Assembly (NCBI GenBank): GCA_964537055.1
Contig: CAZHYV010000004.1
Span: 46,172-110,171 of the forward strand
Source of the DNA: an uncultured Myxococcales bacterium
Lineage (GTDB): Bacteria; Myxococcota_A; Polyangia; Palsa-1104; JAEUJZ01
Direction: 5' to 3'
Length of the DNA: 64,000 nucleotides
This document shows, piece by piece, positions 57,803 through 64,000 of the stretch. The position numbers were made by a program, and so were the translations under genes. The notes under the pieces are model-generated. The model was given only the letters and a program-made list of their open reading frames with translations. It searched no databases and had not been told where the DNA came from. Every line of letters starts with the position of its first letter. The first letter of the stretch is position 1.

Positions 57803-58750
57803 CTATCCCTTCCTTAGATGACGAACCTCTTGCTGAAAATTCTCAGGAGGATCTTGCGAGAACTGCATCGTTTCCCCCGTGCTAGGATGGGGAAACCCTA
57901 ACGTCTGCGCATGCAGAAGCAATCGCGAGCTTTCGATGGGCTCATTCCCGTGGTTTAGATAATCGCGAATATACACGGTCTCGCCCACCAATGGGTAGCC
58001 GCGCTCTGCCATGTGAATTCGGATTTGATGGGTCTTTCCGGTTTCCAGGCGCACTTCGCAAAGGGTGGCGCCGTGCAAGTATTCAAGGGCCTTGACCATA
58101 GTTACTGCTCGCCTAGCATCCGGGCGTCCCTCGGGATTCTTTACCGATCCTCTTAGGCCGTCCCCTCGATCTTTGATCAGGTAGGTCTCGATCTTTTGGT
58201 CAATCACCTTACCATGCGCCACGCAAATGTACTTTCGATCGATCTCGTGTTTCCGCAGCAGTTGCTGAAGGAAGATTTCAGCCGACTTGGTCTTGGCGAA
58301 CATCAAAAGCCCCGATGTGTCTTTATCAATGCGGTGAACTACATAGAGAGGAGTGCTTGTCGCAGGTCGGTTCTGTGCTCGCCAAGCCTCTCGAATTAGA
58401 TCCATGGCGGTTCCTGTTTCCCCTCGCTCGTAGGGCACACTAGAAATGCCCGAGGGTTTATTCACCACAATGAGTTGAGCATCTTCGTACATAATGGCGC
58501 CTACGGCTTTTGTAGCTTCCTTTGACAGAGGAGCTTTCGCGTTCATCCGGACCTCAACAACGCCGCCTACTTTCAATCTCTTCGCGGGATCTAAAATACG
58601 GTCTTTCCCCACAAACACTTTTCCCGTCTCACACAGGTTTTTTGCTTCGCTCCAGCTGATCTGCAATCGCTTTCGCAAAACGGCAGCAATGGTCAGTCCT
58701 TGGTCAGCTTCTTCTAAAACAAATAGGCTTGTATTGGCGGGGGAACTCAT
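57803..58750 (-). CDS. rluD: RluA/RluD-family 23S rRNA pseudouridine synthase (S4 domain + catalytic HRIDKDTSG)
   Basis: S4-like N-terminus and an HRLDxxTSG-type motif. Confidence 0.75.
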   Translation of the reverse strand: MSSPANTSLFVLEEADQGLTIAAVLRKRLQISWSEAKNLCETGKVFVGKDRILDPAKRLKVGGVVEVRMNAKAPLSKEATKAVGAIMYEDAQLIVVNKPSGISSVPYERGETGTAMDLIREAWRAQNRPATSTPLYVVHRIDKDTSGLLMFAKTKSAEIFLQQLLRKHEIDRKYICVAHGKVIDQKIETYLIKDRGDGLRGSVKNPEGRPDARRAVTMVKALEYLHGATLCEVRLETGKTHQIRIHMAERGYPLVGETVYIRDYLNHGNEPIESSRLLLHAQTLGFPHPSTGETMQFSQDPPENFQQEVRHLRKG

Positions 58751-58801
58751 ATTTGTGGGCTCATGTTCATGTCTGGGCTTATTTTCGTAGGGAAACTCAT
58801 A

Positions 58802-61300
58802 TTAGCGAGGCTCAATCGAAATGTGCTGCTTAAGGTGCGCAACACAGGCATCATGCGCTGCTTGTACTTCCTCATCGCGAAGTGTCTTTTCCTTCGATTG
58901 GTAAGTCAAGCTGAGGAGTAATCCCTTTTTTCCCTTGGGCACTCGGCCGGGTTCACGATAGTCCTCTAGGATGGTGACATGCGTAAGCAAAGGCTGCTTG
59001 GCACCGTAAAGGAAGCTTACCACGTCCCCTGCGGGAATATGCTCCTCCACGAAAAAGGAGAGATCCCGCTCGACTGCTGGAAACCGGGCCCAAGGTTCAA
59101 ACGCAGGCTGTTTTGGCAGAGTTTCTGGTACTCTCAGCTCAAATGCAAACGCGGGGACTTCAATGCCAAGGGCTTTACGAACATCGGGGTGAATCTCTCC
59201 AAATTCACCATAGATCATTGAAGGCTGCTCTCGAGAAAAGAGTTTTGCGGAAACCCCAGGATGAAACCACGGGGCTTCTTGTTCGGTCGTTGGCGCTGTT
59301 GCCACAGGAACACCATATAAAGTCGAGACTAAGATTTCTACCATCCCCTTAAGCTCATAGAAATCAGCCTCCTTCTGTGTTTTCATCCAGTCTTCTTTGG
59401 TGCCTACAAGAACTCCTGCAACGTGCTGTTCTTCTAGAGGCATGTCTTTGGTTCCCGTTAAAAACACCTCGGCCACCTCAAACAAACGAACCCGCTTTTG
59501 TCCATGGCTTAGGTTGTAGGACACGGCCTCAAGCAAACCTAACAAAAGCTGCGTGCGAAGAACCGAGGCTTCTTCCCTGAGTGGATTTTGTATAAGAATT
59601 GGATTTGCTTGGGGATGATCCTTAGGAAGCTGAAGCACGTCAAGCCGTTTTACTGAGCTAAAGGGGAGGGTTTGAATCTCGGTTAACCCCAAACTAACGC
59701 ATACATCTTGTGTCTTCTCAACAGCAACCTTTTTTGCTTGGGCTTTCTGTATCGAAGCAAAATTCACTGGCATGCTCATTTTGGGAAGCGTTCCTTCGAT
59801 ATGCTCATACCCCCAAAGACGACCAATTTCCTCGACAAGATCAATAGGTTTTGAAATATCAGGTCGATACGTCGGAACCTGTACAGCGAACACAACCTCA
59901 CCGGATGGAGAGTTACCTAACTTTTTCTCCTGGGAAAAGCGTTTGGTTACCTTCATTCCCAGGAGAGTAAGTATCTGCTCCTGTTCTTGTTCTGAAATTG
60001 TAGTACCTAGCAAAGCCTGGGTTTTGCTGGGCAGCAATTCTACTTCGACCGGAGGAATTGGAACCTGGTAAAGGTCCAAGGGGTCTTTGGCCAATTGGCC
60101 ACCCGCACTGTGCAAGATCATTTTCGCGCAATCGTTTCCTGCCCATACTAGACCTTCGTTGGGATCCACCCCTCGCTCGAAGCGATAACTCGCATCCGTT
60201 TGCAGTTTCTGCGATTTTGCTGTCTTCCGGATCACATCTGGAGAAAAATACGCCGTCTCCAAAAGCACCTGTTTTGTGTGCTCATCAACCTGGCTATTCT
60301 TCCCCCCCATAATCCCTGCAAGCGCGATGGGATCTGCCCCTGCAGCAATCACAACATCCTCTTTACTAAGTTCACGCACAGAACCATCTAGCAATTCTAT
60401 ATGCGTCGTTGATGCTTTCTTAGTAACAATCACCGAAGAGCCTAGGCTCTTCACCTTCTCTAGATCAAAAGCATGTAACGGATTCCCCCATTTCAGCATC
60501 GCCAATTGGGTCGCATCCACAATATTATTGATCGGACGAAGCCCAAGTCTTGTGAGTAGTATTTGCGTCTGAAACGGACTTGGTTTTACCTGGACATCCT
60601 GAAGGACAAAGGCTCGGTAGCGTGGGCAGGCTATCGTATCCTCGATATGTACGGTTACCAAGTCTTTTGTAATAGCCAAGCCTGTAGGAGGTAGCCCAAC
60701 GGCCAAAGAATTCAGCGTAGCCCCTTGATGATAAAACAGAGCTGCCACTTCGCGAGCAACACCTACGTGACCCAAGCAGTCTGCACGGTTGGGGGTGATG
60801 TTTATTTCAAAAATGATATCAGGAAGACCCGCTTTTTTGGCAAAATCATCGCCAGGCTGCAGTCCCTCCTCTTTATCCAGAAGCAGAAGTCCCTCGGCTT
60901 GCTCTGAAAGCCCAAGTTCTGTCGCCGAGCACAACATCCCGGGAGAAGCAATGCCCCGAACCTCTTTGGTAGAGAGCGTAATCCCCGACGGGAGCATTGC
61001 CCCTGGCTTCGCCCAAAGGACATACTTGTTTGAGCCTGGAGCTGGAACATTCCTTGCTCCACAGACAACTTGCGTTACGCTGTGCCCATCGAACACATCG
61101 ACCAGACTAAGTTTTTCCGCATGAGGATGGGGACGTTTTCCTAGGACCTCCGCAAGAATGACAGAAGATAAACTTTTCCCTACATGGGTCATCCCCTCCA
61201 CCTCAAGCCCGGCCATCGTAAGCTTTTCCGCAATCGCTGCAAACTTAATCGTTTCAGGGAGACTCACCAGCTCTTTTAACCATGATAAAGATACCTTCAT
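58802..61300 (-). CDS. pheT: phenylalanine-tRNA ligase beta subunit
   Basis: N-terminal MKVSLSWLKE, B3/4 and B5 domains, 832 aa. Confidence 0.9.
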   Translation of the reverse strand: MKVSLSWLKELVSLPETIKFAAIAEKLTMAGLEVEGMTHVGKSLSSVILAEVLGKRPHPHAEKLSLVDVFDGHSVTQVVCGARNVPAPGSNKYVLWAKPGAMLPSGITLSTKEVRGIASPGMLCSATELGLSEQAEGLLLLDKEEGLQPGDDFAKKAGLPDIIFEINITPNRADCLGHVGVAREVAALFYHQGATLNSLAVGLPPTGLAITKDLVTVHIEDTIACPRYRAFVLQDVQVKPSPFQTQILLTRLGLRPINNIVDATQLAMLKWGNPLHAFDLEKVKSLGSSVIVTKKASTTHIELLDGSVRELSKEDVVIAAGADPIALAGIMGGKNSQVDEHTKQVLLETAYFSPDVIRKTAKSQKLQTDASYRFERGVDPNEGLVWAGNDCAKMILHSAGGQLAKDPLDLYQVPIPPVEVELLPSKTQALLGTTISEQEQEQILTLLGMKVTKRFSQEKKLGNSPSGEVVFAVQVPTYRPDISKPIDLVEEIGRLWGYEHIEGTLPKMSMPVNFASIQKAQAKKVAVEKTQDVCVSLGLTEIQTLPFSSVKRLDVLQLPKDHPQANPILIQNPLREEASVLRTQLLLGLLEAVSYNLSHGQKRVRLFEVAEVFLTGTKDMPLEEQHVAGVLVGTKEDWMKTQKEADFYELKGMVEILVSTLYGVPVATAPTTEQEAPWFHPGVSAKLFSREQPSMIYGEFGEIHPDVRKALGIEVPAFAFELRVPETLPKQPAFEPWARFPAVERDLSFFVEEHIPAGDVVSFLYGAKQPLLTHVTILEDYREPGRVPKGKKGLLLSLTYQSKEKTLRDEEVQAAHDACVAHLKQHISIEPR

Positions 61301-61309
61301 TTTATCCCC

Positions 61310-62419
61310 TTACCTAAACTGTTCGGACAGTCTGAGATCTCCTGAAAAGAACAGCTTCAAATCGTTCACACCATACTTCAGCATGGCAAGTCGATCCAAC
61401 CCCATCCCAAAGGCAAACCCTGTATACCTGTCTGGATCGTAGGTTTTCTTTCCTAGCTTCCGATTTACCTCTTCAAAAACTACGGGATTGACCAAACCGC
61501 AACCGAGCACCTCGATAAAGCCTGTGCCTTTGCAGGTCCGACACTCCCCTCCCTTGCCTTGGCAAAAGTAACAAATAATATCAAGCTCAGCTCCAGGTTC
61601 AACAAAGGGGAAGAACGAAGCGCGAAGACGAATCTTTGTGTTTTCTCCAAAGAGGCGTTTGACAAAATAAAGAAGTGTGCCCTTCAGATCTCCAAAAGTA
61701 ATACGCTGATCGATCACTAACCCTTCAAGCTGGGTAAACATCGGAGAATGCGTAGGGTCGTCCTCTTTTCGGTAGACCTTCCCAGGGGCAATCATTCGTA
61801 AAGGCGGAGGCTCTGCTAGCATCTTTCGAATCTGAACCGAGGAGGTATGGGTCCGTAAAAGCTTGGTTTCTTCTTCGATTTTTCCGGATTTGCTAGAAGG
61901 TTCATGCTTGATGTAAAATGTATCCTGTGCACTCCGAGCAGGGTGGTTGGCAGGCATTCCCAGCGCTTGAAAATTGTAAAAATCCGTCTCGATTTGGTTT
62001 CCCATAGCAATCGTAAATCCAAGCTCTGAGAAGATTCCTTCGATGGTCCTACGAATTTGCGTCATTGGGTGCAAAGCACCTAGGCAGAGAGGCCTTCCCG
62101 GAAGTGTTACATCGATACGTCGGGCCAAATCAGAGAGCCGCTCCTTTTCAGCGAGCTTCTTAACCTCTTCCGCAAGCAGCAAATCCATTTGGACAAAAAT
62201 CCCATTCCCTATCTGTCCAATAGCCTTCTTGTCAGGCCCTATTGCACTTCGCAGAGCGTTCGCAACGGCGAGACGAATCCTTCCTTCTTTTCCGCCATAC
62301 CGTGCATACACTGTGCGTAACAAAGGTTCTGTATTCGCCTCGGATATCTCCTTTTGGTATTGGGCCAGGAGCAATTCGAGAGTAGATTTAAGCTGGAGAT
62401 GTTGTGTAGAAAGTTCCAT
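61310..62419 (-). CDS. pheS: phenylalanine-tRNA ligase alpha subunit
   Basis: Class II motifs, FFPFVEP. Confidence 0.9.
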   Translation of the reverse strand: MELSTQHLQLKSTLELLLAQYQKEISEANTEPLLRTVYARYGGKEGRIRLAVANALRSAIGPDKKAIGQIGNGIFVQMDLLLAEEVKKLAEKERLSDLARRIDVTLPGRPLCLGALHPMTQIRRTIEGIFSELGFTIAMGNQIETDFYNFQALGMPANHPARSAQDTFYIKHEPSSKSGKIEEETKLLRTHTSSVQIRKMLAEPPPLRMIAPGKVYRKEDDPTHSPMFTQLEGLVIDQRITFGDLKGTLLYFVKRLFGENTKIRLRASFFPFVEPGAELDIICYFCQGKGGECRTCKGTGFIEVLGCGLVNPVVFEEVNRKLGKKTYDPDRYTGFAFGMGLDRLAMLKYGVNDLKLFFSGDLRLSEQFR

Positions 62420-62510
62420 AGAGGCTCGCTGAGATGCAAAAAGTATGTCAACTTACAGAAGCTACCGACTTGCAGCCAGCACCCCTCGGTGCTTCGTGAT
62501 ACGGATTTAT

Positions 62511-62873
62511 CTAAGCTAGCTGAGGAAGAAGCCCTGTTTGCTGAACCACCTGCCGAAAGGCAGCAGGATCATGAACAGCTAAATCAGCGAGGACCTTCCG
62601 ATCCATTTGGATGTTCGCCCGAAGTAAGCCATTGATAAAGGCTGAGTAGGTAACGCCCAACTCACGCACAGCCGCATTGATGCGGACAATCCACAGTCGA
62701 CGAAATTCCCGTTTGCGCACTTTTCGGTCGCGGGTTGCAAACCGCCATGCATGTCGGACGGTTTCCGACATGACCTTCCAAAGTTTTGAGCGACCTCCCC
62801 GGTATCCACTTGCTTCTTTTTTCATCCGGTTGCGGCGTTGACGCGCCTTAAAACCACGTTTTACTCGAGACAT
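62511..62873 (-). CDS. rplT: 50S ribosomal protein L20
   Basis: [14 protein letters not shown]...RINAA. 120 aa. AAGAGGA SD. Confidence 0.9.
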   Translation of the reverse strand: MSRVKRGFKARQRRNRMKKEASGYRGGRSKLWKVMSETVRHAWRFATRDRKVRKREFRRLWIVRINAAVRELGVTYSAFINGLLRANIQMDRKVLADLAVHDPAAFRQVVQQTGLLPQLA

Positions 62874-63077
62874 GTTTCCTCTTTATCAGTGTAGCGACTG
62901 GTATCGGGGCTGGAGTTAGCAGCTTTGAACCCTAAACCAAGTCTAGGTTAAAATTTGAAAATTGTAGATAGCACATTCTGGGACGAAAAGGAAGAAATAC
63001 TTACTAGAGTAACAAATATCTTTCATATAAAGTTGATTTAAGAACTAAGTTTTCTGCTTTATCCTTTTGAGGCTCAG

Positions 63078-63105
63078 CCTTTGAAAGAGCTAGCTCTTTC
63101 AAAGG
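63078..63105. promoter_or_regulatory. perfect 28-bp palindrome cctttgaaagagct|agctctttcaaagg in the rplT/glsB divergent intergenic region
   Basis: Read directly from the sequence. 58 nt upstream of the glsB ATG and ~205 nt upstream of rplT. Confidence 0.5.
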
Positions 63106-63162
63106 CGGCTCGCTTGCATTTTTGGGATTCGTTCTTACATTCTGTTGCCAAGGAGGTGTGTT

Positions 63163-63423
63163 ATGGGAATTTTAGGTTTTGTGTGGATGCTCTTAATTGG
63201 ACTTGTGATCGGAGGATTGGCAAAATTTTTGATGCCCGGCAAAGACCCTGGGGGGATCATCATTACCATGATCCTTGGGATTGCAGGCTCCATGGTGGCC
63301 GGGTTTGTGGGGAAAGCCTTAGGTTGGTACCAATACCCAGGTCAAGGACCAGGCCTGATTGCTTCCGTGTTAGGAGCTGTACTGATTCTATTCATCTATC
63401 GACTCATTATCGGAAGAGGTTAA
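63163..63423 (+). CDS. GlsB/YeaQ/YmgE-family small membrane stress protein (transglycosylase-associated)
   Basis: MGILGFVWMLLIGLVIGGLAKFLMPG...LFIYRLI. AAGGAGG SD. Confidence 0.7.
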   Translation: MGILGFVWMLLIGLVIGGLAKFLMPGKDPGGIIITMILGIAGSMVAGFVGKALGWYQYPGQGPGLIASVLGAVLILFIYRLIIGRG

Positions 63424-63526
63424 CGTAAGCATCAGACGAATTTAAGGAAGGCGTAGCCTCAATTACAAAACTCTGCGTTAAATAGTCATCCACTGCGATG
63501 AAACAGCTTAGTTATCATGCTAGAGC

Positions 63527-64000
63527 TTAGCTATCATGCTGTGCTAGAAAATGCTCCGCTTGAAGTGCCGCCATGCATCCAGTCCCGGCCGCAGTCACAG
63601 CCTGACGCCACCTTGGATCCTGCACATCCCCAGCGGCAAAGACGCCATTCACTGAGGTTTCGGTGGTTCCTGGCTTAGTAACAACATAACCAGATTCGTC
63701 TAGTTGAAGTTGTCCCTTCAAAAATTCAGTGTTGGGGATGTGGCCGATGGCGTAAAAAAGGCCACGGCATGGCAAAATTTCTGTCTGGCCAGTCTTTACA
63801 TTTTTAATCTGTACGCCCTCCAGTCCTTCTTCTCCTAACGCTTCTTCCACGGTATGGCTCCATCGAATTTCTATCTTCGGGTGTGCAAAAAGACGTTTCT
63901 GCATTGCCTTTGAGGCTCGAAGTTCATCCCGGCGGTGGATAAGAATCACCTTAGACCCAAACTTGGCTAGATGGGTCGCCTCTTCAACTGCGGTATCACC
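63527..64000 (-). CDS. trxB: thioredoxin-disulfide reductase, C-terminal part (5' end beyond the window)
   Basis: [18 protein letters not shown] and C-terminal GVFAAGDV motifs. The frame continues open to the window end. Confidence 0.85.
   Translation of the reverse strand, partial: GDTAVEEATHLAKFGSKVILIHRRDELRASKAMQKRLFAHPKIEIRWSHTVEEALGEEGLEGVQIKNVKTGQTEILPCRGLFYAIGHIPNTEFLKGQLQLDESGYVVTKPGTTETSVNGVFAAGDVQDPRWRQAVTAAGTGCMAALQAEHFLAQHDS

Noticed and set aside
62874-63162. rpmI (L35) gene upstream of rplT
   Set aside because: All minus-strand frames in this 290-bp region contain multiple stops, so no ORF of L35 size exists.

Overview
This 64 kb window is bacterial chromosomal DNA with roughly 47% GC, densely coding on both strands.

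Housekeeping genes, identified with high confidence from family motifs in the translations:
- htrA, truncated at the 5' end of the window
- class II HMG-CoA reductase (mvaA)
- corA, holB, rseP, a DEAD-box helicase, mutS2, marC, mazG
- a regulatory PTS block hpf-hprK-EIIA(Man)-ptsH-ptsI
- a DctA/GltP-type symporter, lepA, lepB, tsaE, gltX, an RluD-like pseudouridine synthase
- pheT, pheS, rplT, and trxB, truncated at the 3' end of the window

RNA gene: one tRNA-Pro(GGG) on the minus strand at 5775..5849.

Accessory content is organised as tandem paralogue pairs of envelope proteins:
- two lipoproteins sharing an N-terminal motif
- two IPT/TIG + FG-GAP lipoproteins
- two eukaryote-like LRR proteins with an LRRNT_2-like cap
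- two lipoproteins carrying a conserved HEARHSETGQH (HExxHxxxxxH) motif plus FG-GAP repeats, flanking a predicted outer-membrane beta-barrel
- two AAA_14/DUF4143 ATPases

Other notable features:
- A ~150 bp direct repeat that includes a 3' remnant of tRNA-Pro brackets a 2.6 kb segment at 3077..5655. This segment holds a DUF523 gene, a GC-rich orphan ORF and one of the ATPases, and looks like a decayed island integrated at the tRNA.
- Two perfect 29 bp tandem direct repeats lie in the promoter of the second ATPase.
- A perfect 28 bp palindrome lies in the rplT/glsB intergenic region.
- A secreted WD40 protein, a TSP3-repeat protein with a MYXO-CTERM-like tail, a DUF349/HEAT protein and a large multi-PAS hybrid histidine kinase are also present.

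The domain repertoire (FG-GAP, TSP3, MYXO-CTERM-like tail, class II HMGR, hpf-hprK-PTS block) weakly suggests a Bdellovibrionota/Myxococcota-like or PVC-like organism. This is inference only.
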